NCBI GenBank assembly: GCA_965153285.1
Contig: OZ229111.1
DNA: 64,000 bases
DNA from: Podarcis tiliguerta
Lineage: Eukaryota
Strand: one strand, 5' to 3'
Shown: positions 12,226 through 25,502 of the stretch, one piece after another
Layout of the letters: each line of letters opens with the position of its first letter
How positions within the stretch are numbered: position 1 is the first letter of the stretch
The notes under the pieces: model-generated
Database searches by the model: none
Seen by the model: only the letters and a program-made list of their open reading frames with translations
Told to the model about the DNA's origin: nothing
Position numbers and translations under genes: made by a program

Positions 12226-12365
12226 GGGGCATAGCTCAGCAATGGATCATCTGCCTTGCATGCAGAAAATCTCAGCTTCAATCCCCATGTTTGAAACCCC
12301 AGAGAACTCTTGCCAGTCAGTGTAGAAAGTAGAGCTAGATGGACTCTGTACAACCAAGCTTCCTG
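12226..12365 (+). mobile_element. Degraded tRNA-headed SINE
   Basis: GGGGCATAGCTCAG...TTGCATGCAGAA...TTCAATCCCC (A/B-box remnants with a TGC/GCA anticodon-like loop), followed by the SINE body GCCAGTCAGTGTAGA...GAGCTAGATGGAC; too diverged to be a tRNA gene. Confidence 0.65.
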
Positions 12366-13648
12366 TGTTCTTTGGACTGCAGCATTAGTCAAAACAAACC
12401 CTAGTGTGGTCAATGACTGAGGAAACCTGGGTGAAGCTTATTAGGTGCACCCAGATCACTTTCTATGTCTCAGCCTCATGTTTTTGTGATTATAGAGAAG
12501 GGAGAAACTATGGGTACTATCCTGGGCTCCTTGGAGCAGAGAGTACCATCCATAGGTTGAAAATAATAAATATGCCCACTGCAAAAATAAGGCTAATGGG
12601 AAAGGCCGGATATACTTTTACCGCCTTTCGGAGACCAGATATTACAAATTGTACATTAATGAATGCTTGGATGGAACCTTGTTGTTGGGAATCACATATT
12701 CTACCCACGTGCCAAAAAAGGAGAAAGAAATCAACAATGATTAATGTTCATTCTACCAAGAGAGAGAGATAGAATGGCCAGAGCTGCAAATAAACACCTT
12801 TTCCCCTTGGTGCACTAAGCAATTTCCAATAAAAACAAAAAAAGAAGAAAGAAATATTAGCTCAGATATGTATGTACATACAGAGCATGTAATTGGGGTT
12901 TTGATTATACTACTCTGTTATAGCAGAAGCCTAGAGGAGAGGGGAAGGAAGGAAAGGAAGGGGGAATAGTTAATATCAGAATAAATCCACTGAGATATTG
13001 GAGGGGGCATAGCAATTAGAAGTAGCTGGGAAGGAATAGCTTTTTCCTCCTCCTGGATTGCTACAGGGCAAGGTATCGGTAATGTAGACACATCCCTTTT
13101 AGGAAACAACAGAAATCCAGCCAGTGCAGACACTGAAGATCCTGATAAAATGTGTCAGGCATGTGATTCAGGCATGTCGCTGAATCAAGCACAATGCACA
13201 TACATTGCACATACATGGGTGTATTTGTGATACCCATTATTTCCCATGTGCAGTGGTCTGCATGCAAAGTCATGACTTGGTCTACATGCCACAATCTATC
13301 AGGATCTTCAGCCATTAAAGCAGGCCTACTTGGCTCATGGATTATGGGGACTGGAACTTACTAAGTCAGAGTCCAGGCCTAGATACCCAATCCACATTTT
13401 CCAGCACACCTAAGTATTCCGTTGTGCTTGGATGCATAGGAAGAAAAGGCAGCCAGTGTCTGAGCTTGAGCTCCAACATGTTTTGCCCTATTAACCTGAG
13501 GAACATTTCCGAGGCATACAAACACAAGCGAAAATGTCAATGGAATACAGCTGATGTTTTTAGCGTTACACATCAGATTCGGTGCCTGGCCACAGGAAGA
13601 TGGATGCTTCACACTTCTAATTTGAGATATGCCAAATTCATGTGCGTG

Positions 13649-13684
<36 letters not shown>
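13649..13684. repeat. Compound (CT)n(AT)n microsatellite
   Basis: Directly visible. Confidence 0.95.
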
Positions 13685-14557
13685 GCAGAACCTCCTTGGA
13701 GACACCATTTCAGAGGGAGCGGGGAGATTCACAGCCAAGTTCAAAAGTCCACGCCTGGATATATTCAAAGCCAACTTGCGAAACCCACACATACAAACAC
13801 ACAGCACTGGCCCTGTCGTTAGACGGAGTGGGGCGGCTGCCACAGACAGCCATGACAGGGCAGCCACGGAGAAGCGCTAATAGGCTTCTCTCTCTCTCTC
13901 GGGTGCCAAAATAACTTTGCCAACCTAGGATAGTATGCACTTTTACTTGTGGGGTGGGGGGTGCCATTAGCTATTCCACTTCAGACAGAAACTTGTCTTT
14001 GGGTCAGCCCCGGAGACATGCACCAGCCACCCAATGTGCTGTGGATGGTTGCACCCCTGCTCCCCCACGAATCAATCAGCATCTAATTTTTCTTTAAACA
14101 GGGACATTATGTCATAAGGCAGTCCGTCATGCGGAAGCAGTGACACAGCTGCAGCAGCAGACACTGCCTTGAGGTTTGAAGTGTCACTTCACTTCAGTAT
14201 TCTAGAATCTCACATACATTGGATGTGTGTCAGGAAGGTTTCCTTCTTCCACAACATACGCACGGCACCCTACTTAACACATAATAAGGCAACTGGGACG
14301 CTCTCTCCCCCCTATGATATTTGCTTGCTGTGAGCTGCTTTTTTTAAAAAAATCAGCCCCATCCTTGTGCATTTCATTTTACAGGCACATGCTGAGGCCA
14401 AAGATCGTATAGGTGTGTTTTGCTCTGCATTCCACCAGAAGATATAATTTTAATTATGGCACCCTGGAGAAAGATGTCAGTGAAAGAACATCCAACAGTT
14501 TTATTATTCATGACTGAACTTGAGCAATATTTATTTATTTAGAGCATTTGTACCCCA

Positions 14558-15074
14558 TTCTGGATTCACAGCTGTCCATGGAGGCGCAGGTCAATTCTGT
14601 GTCCAGGGCAGCTGTTTATCAGCTCCATCTGGTAGGCAGGCTGAGACCCTACCTGCCCACAGACTGTCTTACCAGAGTAGTGCATGCTCTGGTTATCTCT
14701 CGCTTGGACTACTGCAAAGTACTCTATGTGGGGCTACCTTTGAAGGTGACCTGGAAAGAGCGTCTCCACCCCCATCGTTCTGCCCGGACACTGAGGTCCA
14801 GTGCTGAGGGCCTTCTGGTGGTTCCCTTGCTGCGAGAAGCCAAGTTACAGGGAACCAGGCAGAGGGCCTTCTCGGTAGTGGCACCCACCCCATGGAATGC
14901 CCTCCCACCAGATATCAAAGAGGAAAACAACTACCAGACTTTTAGAAGACATCTGAAGGCAGCCCTGATTAGGGAAGCTTTTAATGTTTAATAGACTATT
15001 GTATTTTAATATTCTGTTGGAAGCCTTCCAGAGTGGCTGGGGAAACCAGCCAGATGGATGGGGTATAAATAATA

Positions 15075-15116
<42 letters not shown>
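14558..15116 (+). mobile_element. L2-clade LINE 3' end with an internal deletion and (TTA)n tail
   Basis: ORF 14548-14991 contains VVHALVISRLDYCKVLYVGLPLK and RAFSVVAPTPWNALP; TSD-like TACCCCA on both sides; sits inside an older minus-strand L2/SINE tail. Confidence 0.9.
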
Positions 15117-15120
<4 letters not shown>

Positions 15121-15264
15121 CCACTCTTCAGCGCACACACAAAAAAGGCTCCCAAAGCAGCTTACATGAAATCAAATCTACCCAGACAGTCACCTCACTA
15201 CGGAGGCCAGATTATTAGACTTGATCCGGAGGAGACTTGATCTCTGAGACTCTCTCTCCCACCC

Positions 15265-15295
<31 letters not shown>

Positions 15296-15420
15296 CAGTA
15301 GCATGCTTGCTACATGCTTGGGGATTCAGACAACTTACATATTTTTGGTACAGCTTGCAAGAAGTCTGTCCTCACAAGGCAGAAATCAGAAAGGCATACA
15401 AAGGCTCTAAGACAATGACA

Positions 15421-15880
15421 TGTATGACTGGGTATGGCGAGAAGAAGCAGACAGAGAGCTGGGGTCATAATCCCAGAATCCAGCAGCAATCCAGGTTTGG
15501 AGCCAGAGGCTGCAGTGTCTCTGGCTATGGAGCCAGTCCAGATTCATGGCTCTGAGCCTGCTCCTGGAGACTGGAGGGAACACGGAGGAACCTACAGGGC
15601 AACTTCCCCTACCACCAAGGTCTGCAAGTCCAGGTCCATCACAGGCATTTTCCTCTGAGTATGAGGAACTCAATGCTTCCCACAGCATCTCTGCATCACA
15701 AGGAACATAGCAGGAGAGAGGCTTTGGAACAGAGGAGGAGTGCATGTCTTCAGGCAAGTGGGTTGACCCTTTAAGACAGTGAAGTTCTCCACAAGCAGAT
15801 GAGGCCTGGTGGAGGTAATCTGAGGGCAGAGGCTTTATAATGCTCAGTCTGCTCTCCACCTTTGTCACCACAAGTTGCTC
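15421..15880. mobile_element. Possible degraded Gypsy-type LTR fragment
   Basis: Starts with TGT and has a GA-rich body resembling squamate Gypsy LTRs; no TSD or 3' CA boundary located. Confidence 0.35.
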
Positions 15881-16486
15881 ACTTGGAGCTATCAGTGGTC
15901 CTGCAACTTTTGACCTACCTTTCTCCATGAGAGAGGGAAGGGGCAGGAAGGGGTCTGCTGCAATGTTTTCGTACAATATGCCTCAAAAACATTTTTGAAA
16001 ATGATAAAGTTTACTGAATTCCATTTTAGTGAATTCTGCTGTGATATATATATATATTGAATTTATATCTGCACCTCCCAGGTTAATATGTGGATTGGAA
16101 TGGAGCTATCCCTTGGATCTTGACATTCTTCTGCCATTGTGACACAGTTTTCTGCTTAAGGGGGGGGGGGTCAAGTTGTGGGTTGGCTGTCTCTCAGTGC
16201 AGACATAGGTAATTGAGCCTGAGCTTCCACAGCTGCTGCCCACCATGTACCACCGTTGGCAGGACTGGCAGCAACAGCAGCAGATATGTTCTGTGCTTAT
16301 GCCAATATTTTATTCTCTTGTTAATTATGCTGTTTAAACTGTGTCCTTTAATAATGTTTTCCTTTAAAATGTTTAAGGTTTTTTTTGTTAACTTTGCTGC
16401 ATTAAATGTGCATTCTGTACTTGACTCCCTTTGTAATGTTTTATTTTGAAATCTTTTAAGATAATATTTTAGTTTCCTGTTAATTA

Positions 16487-16727
16487 CAGTGGTACCTCGG
16501 GTTAAGTATTTAATTCGTTCCGGAGGTCCGTTCTTAACCTGAAACTGTTCTTAACCTGAAGCAACACTTTAGCTAATGGGCCTCCTGCTGCCGCCGTGCC
16601 GCCGGAGCCCGATTTCTGTTCTCATCCTGAAGCAAAGTTATTAACCTGAAGCACTATTTCTGGGTTAGCTGAGTGTGTAACCTGAAGCGTATGTAACCTG
16701 AAGCGTATGTAACCCGAGGTACCAGTG
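16487..16727. mobile_element. pogo/Tigger-like MITE, copy 3, inserted in an L2-like 3' UTR (about 16300-16840)
   Basis: TA|CAGTGGTACCTCGGGTTA ... TAACCCGAGGTACCAGTG|TA. Confidence 0.92.
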
Positions 16728-17092
16728 TACATTGCTTTGAAAGCATACTTTACAGATGACTTTCTTCAGTAATGTTCTAATGTGTTGTAAACCACTTTGA
16801 GATTTTTTCCCTTAAAAATATAAAGTGGCATAGAAATGAAATGGGGGGAAAATGTGGTTTGTTTTTTTTAATGAAACCACTTTGTGAAGCAGTTCTCCCT
16901 CTGTTAAACAGCACACCTGGACTGTCTGTCCCCCTGCACTGCTTGCTTGCTCATCAGGTTGCCAACTGCTCTGTCCACACTCTGGAGTTGGCAGCCACAC
17001 AACCTGCAGCCTGACAACAGCATTACATTTTTATGTATATAGGAAGATAGCACTGTGCAACTTATTGCAATCTAGAATTAACTAGAGATGCG

Positions 17093-17362
17093 GAAGAAGA
17101 ACAAGAAGAAGAAGAGGAGGAGGAGGAGGAGTTTGGATTTGATATCCCGCTTTATCACTACCCTAAGGAATCCCAAAGTGGTTAACAATCTTTTTTTCCT
17201 TCCTCACCAATAATAAACACTCTGTGAAGTGAATGAGGCTGAGAGACTTCAGAGAAGTGTGACTAGCCCAAGGTCACCCAGCAGCTGCATGTGGAGGAGC
17301 GGGGAATCGAACCTGGTTCACCAGATTACGAGTCCACTGCTCTTAACCACTACACCACACTG
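17093..17362 (-). mobile_element. Squam3-type (MIR/Ther1-related) SINE
   Basis: Reverse complement of CAGTGTGGTGTAGTGGTTAAGAG...CAGCTGCTGGGTGACCTTGGG...GATATCAAATCCAAAC with a (CTT/CCT)n tail; matches 35454-35745. Confidence 0.88.
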
Positions 17363-18362
17363 AGCAAGAGACAAACCAAAGAGGGACAAAGCAGCTAGAA
17401 CCAAACTTTTTGGAAATAAATGTTTCATGTTTGCCTTGTAGAGGCTGTTCCCCCTCCCCTTTCCTATGCTTTCTTTTTGGGTGATTTCCAGCTGACCCTG
17501 GAGCCTTTCCTTTACAAGAAAGAGGGCTGTGAGGGAAGGAAGAGTGACTGAGAGGAAGCCAGTACTGTAATTGGACAAATCTATCTCTTAATGGAATAAT
17601 GGCTGCCTCTGCCTCTTGGCTTGAAGTCCTAAAGGTTCCTGTTAATTGGTTCTACCTCTTTCATGTCTTGTTCTTCTTCCAATGAAGTGATTGGGTAGAG
17701 ACTTTGGGGGAGCTTCTGTTCCTCTCTATCAACCCATCTTTGTGTTAGTAAGGCAACAGTTTTAGTGACTTTATGACAGTTGGACAAAAATTAAACGTTT
17801 AGTCAGAAGGAAAATGCTTCCGCCATTATAAGCCTCAAAATTCTATCTTATAAAAAGACACCCATTGAGCTAATAACTTGAAACCCAGCATATGTGAACT
17901 ACCTGATGAGATCTATGAATGTGCCAAATCTCATACCTCTACAATAAAAATTGTCCCAGATAAAATAAGTTAAAAAGTCCTAGAAATTGGCACACTTACC
18001 CCTATCCAATTTTTGAACAGAAATGTTATATATTTCTTTCCCATGTTGGCGAAAACTACTGATGTACCTTATTCAAGATGATGAAGGAAGGCAATCTTCC
18101 ATTGACTTGGTGAAATTCTTAGCAGTAGTTCAAAAGTTATCGAGGTTTCCCAGCCCCGTTAAACTAAGGGCAGCAACTGCTGGCAAAATAAGATGGTGCA
18201 TGCACAGTTAAAATCTTGAAGTGAGAATTAAACCAGTACTGCAATGTTTGCAGGGGGAGCCACCTAGTGGGTGCTATGTGCAATGCCTGTTTTCAAGGTA
18301 TAGACTTCTATGTTGCTGGAGCTGTTGCTCTGTTAGTCAACTGCGGAAAGTAGAGTGTGGTA

Positions 18363-18603
18363 CAGTCAAATCACAGTTGTCAAACGTAATCTGTTCTGGA
18401 AGCCCGTTCGGCTTCCAAAATGTTTGACAACCAAGGTGTGGCTTCCAATTGGTTGCAGGTGGTTCCTGCACTCAAGTGGAAGCCATGTCGGACATTCAGC
18501 TTCTGAAAAACGTTTGAAAACCGCAACACCTACTTTCGGGTTTTCGGCATTCGGGAGCTGAAACATTCCAAAACAGAGGCATTCGGGAGCTGAGGTTTGA
18601 CTG
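18363..18603. mobile_element. TA-targeting Tc1/pogo-type MITE (CAGTCAAA ends)
   Basis: TA|CAGTCAAA ... TTTGACTG|TA; internal direct repeat GGCATTCGGGAGCTGA x2. Confidence 0.8.
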
Positions 18604-18605
18604 TA

Positions 18606-19552
18606 CAGGGATTGCACTGAGGGATCGCACACAAATAGTGAGGATTGGGCCTGTTACATCTACCTCTCTGAAGCTCAGCACTGGCACCCCACAGGGATGC
18701 ATGCCGAGTCCCTACCTGTACTTGTTGTATACATATGACTGTATCTCATCTGATCCATCTACTGTAATTATTAAGTTTGCAGATGATACCACCATAATGG
18801 GTCTAATTACAGGTGGAGATGAATCAGCGTACAGGGAGGAGGTTCAAAAAGTCTCGACATGGTGCCTAGAGAACAACTTGCACCTAAATATCAGTAAGAC
18901 AAAGGAGATGGTGTTGGACTTTCGGAGGAAGAGAGTGGAACTAGCCCCGTTGTATATCAGGAGGGCTGTGTGGAGAGAGTCTCTTCCTTTAAATTCCTGG
19001 GAGTCTACCTTAGTGAAAACCTCACTTGGAAAATCAATACAACCCAGGTGGTTAGGAAGGCCCAGCAGAGACTCCATTTCCTCAGGGTCTTGCAAAAGAA
19101 CAATGTCAAACAAAAATTGATGATCTCCTTCTACTGGTACACAATAGAAAGTGTCCTTTCATACTGTATTACAGTGTGGTACGCTGGTTTGACAGCCACG
19201 GACAGGAAGTCCCTACAGAGGGTGGCGAATACAGCACATGGGCTGTCCTTTGAGTTCGCTAGATGACATCGCAGGAGACCGCTGCCTCAGGAGAAAAATT
19301 CTTAGGGACGACTCACACCCTGGCCAGTACCTCTTTAATCCCCTACCTTTGGGCAGGAGATATAGAAGTATAGTCAGCTGCACCAACAGGTTAAAGAACA
19401 GTTTTTATCTGTGGGCTGTTGGGCTGCTGAATGGAAAAAAAATTAGTGGTGTAATTGACTTTCGACAAGCACACAGACTGCGAACAAGACTGAGTGTATG
19501 GGGGGGGCTCATTTAATTTCACTGCACACAGGTGGTGTAGTGACGATAAAGG

Positions 19553-19602
<50 letters not shown>
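18606..19602 (+). mobile_element. Rex1/Babar-clade LINE, 5'-truncated and frameshifted RT C-terminal half
   Basis: STGTPQGC, IIKFADDTT.MGLI..GDESAYREEV, NISKTKEMVLDFRR, VSSFKFLGV, KAQQRLHFLR, IESVLSYCITVWY, DDSHPG and TNRLKNSF across three frames; ends in a (TAT)n tail at 19558-19602. Confidence 0.88.
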
Positions 19603-21325
19603 CATCTGCCTGCCCTGGAACTCTTGGCTGTGTTCATGACTGTCTTCCATGTATTCCTATGAGGTGTGGCATGTGTTTAACTGGCATCTTCCTGTGAGTT
19701 GACCATGCCTTGTTTGCTGCTTACTGTCAAGCTTTGTCCAGTCTGGTGGAGCATTTCACAGAGGGGGTGGCAAAGCTGGGTTGGACACAGGGCTAGGTTG
19801 AGCTAGGCTAGAGGCAGTGCAGGGCAGCTGTTGGAGGACCACAAATAGCTCTGAGAAGCAACTTGCTCTAACAAAGGTTGTCAGCAGACGGTACCTTTTT
19901 CAGCTCCTACTCTCAGACTACCTCAATCTCCCCCTCATTGTGACTCATAGTTTGGTTCTTAAATTAAGCCAGTATACACTTTGCTGGCTTCCCATACATA
20001 TAGGATTCCACAATTATTCTGATGTGGACTTTCAACATGACAGATAAGGGAAATGTTGGTATTTTTACCACCAGGCATTGGTGGTAAAGGTATCTGAGGT
20101 ATCTTAGGACCCTGAGGTGGAGATACAGCAGGTTGGTGCTAGAAAAAAAGTGGAAGGGTTTCAGCACACAATATATTTGCTTCATATTGCACCCTCCCAA
20201 GACCACATCAGAACAGAAAAGATACATGGGCCAAGGTTTGCGAGCTCAGTTGTCTAACTTGATATTCTGTGTAAGCCCTTGTAAACACCTTTAGCGGGGA
20301 AGAGGGTACTGAAATATTAATATTTAAGGAACCGATACCTGCTCAAAATCAGCATCTTCCCCACCTCTGCCTTTCCTTGCTGCCTCCGAAAATTCTATGA
20401 AGCAGGTGGACTTTTTTCAAGCTCGCTTTGACATTTTTCATTAATAGCACATCATCAATCACAACAGTGCTAGGAAACACGGCTATACGTGCCACACCCC
20501 AAAGTCGTTAACAGCAGTACCATTCTTTCTCTTAGTGCATGTGAAGAGATTCCCACTTCCCATTCTGCCAGCTACTGATGGAGGCAACAAGCAGGCATAG
20601 GTCAACTTGCAGCAGGATTGCTCCAGTAATGCCGCAAGGCCCAGATGCTTCAAAATGGAATACAGAACCAGGACAGCATGGGACATCTCTGCTGATCCCA
20701 CATTCTCCACCCACTCCATCTGGATTGGGGCCTGAAAGACCAAGGAAAAGTGTTAGTGCGTGGAGGGTAAGTTATAAGCAAGCACAGTTTATGGCACAAC
20801 ACAACATCATTGCTGATCATGGGGCACATAAACTTCCAATTTTCCAGCTTTATGGAATTTGAGACAAACTTTAACACTGATTATAAATGAGCAGGGGTTT
20901 TTTAGTTTTGATAATTGAATAGTATTAACAAATAGCTTCAAATGCTTATTTTTAGTGTATATTGGATAACTTCTGAACCCCAACACATATCCATGAAAAA
21001 AATTTGCAGGGAATCTTACTAATGGACATGTATACATTCTTTGTGAGTTTCATGCAAATATGTGGTACAAAAAAACCCCCAAATGACATGTCTTTTTTAA
21101 AAAACAAAAACAAAACAGCAACACTCCGACTTTAAAGATATCCAACACAAAGATTCCTGAACCCATTTGTCTTATATTTGGCAAGCCTCAACCCCTCAAA
21201 GGGGACAACCATCTTTAGAAACGTCAATCAATTCTGCTAACAATAAAAAAGCCATATCTTATTTTTCTTTTAATTACTCGAAAATATGAACAAAATAATC
21301 CTACAGATCAAGAATGAAATGAAGC

Positions 21326-22065
21326 AACAAAATGGGGAGATGATCTATAATGAACTGAAAAAAGTGTTTAAATACACCTTCCCGAAGAAACCAGAGGCCT
21401 TTCTCCTGGGCATGGTCAGCCAACAGGTGCATAAGAAGGATAGGACATTTTTTATGTATGCTACAACAGTAGCAAGAATACTCATCGCACAGTATTGGAA
21501 GACACAGGAGCTACCCACGCTGGAAGAATGGCAGATGAAAGTCATGGACTATATGGAATTGGCAGAGATGACTGGCAGAATCAGAGACCAGGGAGAAGAG
21601 ACGGTGAAGGAAGATTGGAGGAAGTTCAAAGACTATCTACAGAAACACTATAAGATAATGAATGTTTGATGACACCAGATTGAACGTAAAAGGTTATTAG
21701 TTAAAAGTTTAAAGATTAAAAAAGACCCAATATTTCAAGATATAAGGAAATACAGTTATATTAAGATATTAAAATTATGACAAAATCATATCATGACAGA
21801 GGGAAGGAATTTGCTGATAGAATATATGATCTGGAATACAGGGAAGGGAGGTCTGGGGAGGTCGCAGAAATAAGTTAATGCCAAGAATACAATGAGGATA
21901 AAATTTGTTTTTATATTTTTTATTTTTATTTTTCTATATTTTTTGGTTGTTCTGTGTTTGTGTGTTATTGTATTTTTTTCATTTTTGTTGTGCTGTGGTT
22001 TATTTTTTCTTACTTTGGTAGCTTTATACTTATTGTAAAACTTAATAAAAATGATTTTTTTAAAA
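21326..22065 (+). mobile_element. L1 LINE 3' end (ORF2 C-terminus plus 3' UTR)
   Basis: KPEAFLLG...ARILIAQYWK...PTLEEW...DWRKFKDYL; T-rich 3' UTR, AATAAA and A tail; 9-bp TSD AAATGAAGC at 21317-21325 and 22066-22074. Confidence 0.9.
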
Positions 22066-25050
22066 AAATGAAGCTGTGGAAAGAGAGAGAGGTTCTTTTT
22101 GTACAGTAGTAGCATTTAAATACATCTATAAATGCATAAATGTGCTGATTGTTTAAAATTGCAGATAAATCCAGAAATACGATGGGATAGAATTATGAGG
22201 GAACATATGCCAAAGTAACATGCACCAGAAATAGACAGATTTATCCAATGTATAAAAAAATGAGGATAGGATAAGTGACAGAAGGATTGCATAATATTTC
22301 ATAAGGAACAGGCGGTAGACTATCAGTATTATAGCACTAGGCAATTAACAATAAATCAAGTAAAAATTCAGTTTAGACTACCAAGTTATTCTGGAATGAC
22401 AAGCTAAGGAATGGCATGTAAGAAAACTTCCTGGAATCTGTGGCTACAGATACTATCTAAATACTTAATGTCTTTTTCCTGTAAGCCAATCGCATCTGCC
22501 AACTAATTGTTTTCTGCTGCAAGAAAAATAATCCATCAGCAGAGCCCAAGAATGTGGGAGCTCATTTAGACTTGCCAGCCAAGCAGCCTCACTGCCACTG
22601 TTGAAGTAGTTTTAAAATGTGACAATAGTGACAATGACTTCTTTGCCAACTTCAACACTTTAAAGTCTCATTTATCATTTCTAACTAGTATTCTAACAGC
22701 CAAATGCTTTGGGCATGTTCATTTGCTTACAGCATTTGTGCCAGATTTGGGGTGATCTTAATTTAAGCATCACAATCGCTGAGTAACAAAACACTGAAGT
22801 CCTTCTGTACAACCGCACAAATTTAGAAAATGCCAAATGTGCTCAGGGAAAGAAAAATATATCTTTTGATAGGGGGGGGGAGTCAGCATTCCACAGTTGT
22901 TCGTAGCAAAACTGCAATTGACAATGTGTTCTTTCTGTGTCAGGGAATTTACCATGAGGCTAAGCATGCAAATGACTTTTGGAAGCGGGGAATGACAGGA
23001 ATTGATTAATACCAGTTGACAGCCAGTTCTAGGCAGGAAGGTAGTGGAATGATTGATTTACCCAAATGTACACAGGGTCGATTATATGACCTCAATCCAA
23101 TTTCATAAAGTGTAACTAGAAGACCAAATGGTGAGCCCACTGAATGGAAGATTTGAGGTTGGGCAGCTTATACGTATATAGAACACAACAATACCTTTTA
23201 AAAGGCTAGCTTAATTGTGCTGACAATTCACAAAGCAATTGCTATCATGCAAGCACTAACTCGCAGCAGCAAATGTGTGAGTTTTGGTCCACACAGCAGA
23301 GACCAGCACCCACCCTGCCAATATATTCTTGCGTATCTGCAATGGAAGAATTTTTTTTTCCAGGTTTCAAAGGATTCTGGGAAATGTTTCAGGGCGTACA
23401 CTTAGTTCACAAAAGGTGAACCCTAGGTTCACCTAATGGACCTCACCACTCTTCCACACAAGTTCTAGCACACATCCTACTCTCCCTTGCAATTGGACAT
23501 TTTTCAAGATGAACAGCAGTGTTGTATTTCAGGGAACCTTTCTGCTTTACATTTCTGGTTGATTTATTTATGTTATTACCTTTCCACACCTGTTTGTATG
23601 ACTGATGTATACAGTTAGCCACTGAGTATTTTTTTTTTTAAAGAATGGTGGCATAGAAATACTTTTTAAAAAATTAAGTGTTGCATGCAATGCTGATTGT
23701 TCACTTGCAGAACAATCACACAACAGGATTTCACCTTCCTCTATTCCCCTCTGCTGCCCTCCGCACACCCTCAAAATATTTGTAGGGACCCCCTAGAGCA
23801 GATTTGCAGAGCATGTGAGGGATGAGAGGAAGGCAATGTTCCACTGCGTGAGCAGAATCTACTCACACAACATTGGATTCTGCCAAAAATAAATACTGAG
23901 GAATCTTTAGAGGAGTCCCAGGGGTCTAAAGAATGCAAGTAGAAAACAATTGGCACAGATGACCATCAGGCTGCTCAGGTTACGAGAGAACAACTTATAA
24001 CTGCCTTGGAATGAGTAACACATTTACTGCAGATTCTGAATGAACTACAGCAGACCCAGATTCAAGCAAAGCATATATCTAGCAATTTCCTGTGACCAAG
24101 GATCAAACTCAAAAATTTAGGAAATTTCAAAACAGTCCTTGCCTAAAATATCTGTGTTCACAACTTCCTTGGTTACCAGGACAACAGAAAGCATATTTTC
24201 ATTCTGCCCTTGGGTCAATTAATGGAAGGCCTGAAGTGACAGTCCTGATGTGCAAGTCACGAACTTTCCAAAGGTTCTTTCACCTTGGGATGATGTTCTC
24301 TCCAAATACTCAATAAGAAGCAGAGACCCGTCCACAAGGCCTGTGAGCTGCCTGCATTTGTGCCATATGTATTCAGTAAACATAGCAAGGCAGCAATCAA
24401 GAGACACAATGGAGTGACAGAGCCACCCACAAGCCTACATCCCAAATCAACTCAGACTGAAAAATGAATTGCGCCGAGATAACAGCAATGTGAAGAGCCT
24501 GCTGGATTTGACAGCTAAGATCACACACGCAAGAGACATTTCCAAACAACGATCGGCAGAGAATTATACAGAATTTCTAGGCGGTGGATGTAACAAAGGG
24601 AGAGTTATGGCAGAAGGCAGGCATCTGGTCAAAGGGTGAAGAACTGACAGCAGGAAGATGGAGTTGTGCTGAATGCATGCCAACAACATTTGTCTGATTT
24701 TAAAGGAGGCCACCTGTAGATAAAAGCAAGAGTGGGAAAGGTCCAAGAGAGAGAAATGAAGAGTGGGCACAACTGTGGCTGACTGTAGCCATGTTCAGAT
24801 ACATTTACTTCATCACACAGTGTCTAAGAAAGTGACAATAAGGTTCTGCACGCAAGCCTCACCATCCCTGAGTGTGTTGAGCAGGAGAGGTCTGCATGGG
24901 GGCTTGAACATGAGCAGAACCTCTCCACACTCTAAATACTCTAAATACTCCTTCCTGCATTATATAATTTGCATTATATTGTTGTGCAAATTATCAGGTG
25001 CTGGTGACACTGCAGTCTTTTGCAGGCTGCCCATTTCCTGGTCATCTTCT

Positions 25051-25480
25051 GTTGTTCTTGTTTAGTTGTTTAGTCCTGTCCGACTTTTCGTGACCCCATG
25101 GACCGGAGCACGCCAGGCATTCCTGTCTTCCACTGCCTCCCACAGCTTGGTCAGACTCATGTTGGTAGCTTTGAGAACACTGTCCAACCATCTCATCCTT
25201 TGTCGTCCCCTTCTCCTTGTGCCCTCCATCTTTCCCAACATCAGGGTCTTTTCCAGGGAGTCTTCTCTTCTCATGAGGTGGCCAAAGTATTGGAGTCTCA
25301 GCTTCAGGATCTGTCCTTCCAGTGAGCACTCAGGGCTGATTTCCTTAAGAATGGATAGGTTTGATCTTCTTGCAGTCCTCGGGACTCTCCGGAGTCTCCT
25401 CCAGCACCATAATTCAAAAGCATCAATTCTTCTGCGATCAGCCTTCTTTATGGTCCAGCTCTCATTTCCATACATCACTA
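25051..25480 (-). mobile_element. BovB (RTE) LINE 3' end
   Basis: ESWTIKKADRRRIDAFELWCWRR...LRLQYFGHLMRREDSLEKTLMLGK...HGVTKSRT; (CAA)n tail; 11-bp TSD GGTCATCTTCT. Confidence 0.95.
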
Positions 25481-25502
25481 GGTCATCTTCTAGGACAGCC
25501 CT

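Noticed and set aside
12226-12300. tRNA gene
   Set aside because: Cloverleaf is broken and runs into a SINE body; the same holds for the Sauria and Squam3 heads.
15407-15976. 189-aa minus-strand ORF, the longest in the window
   Set aside because: Non-ATG start, no domain, low-information composition, and it overlaps LTR-like sequence.
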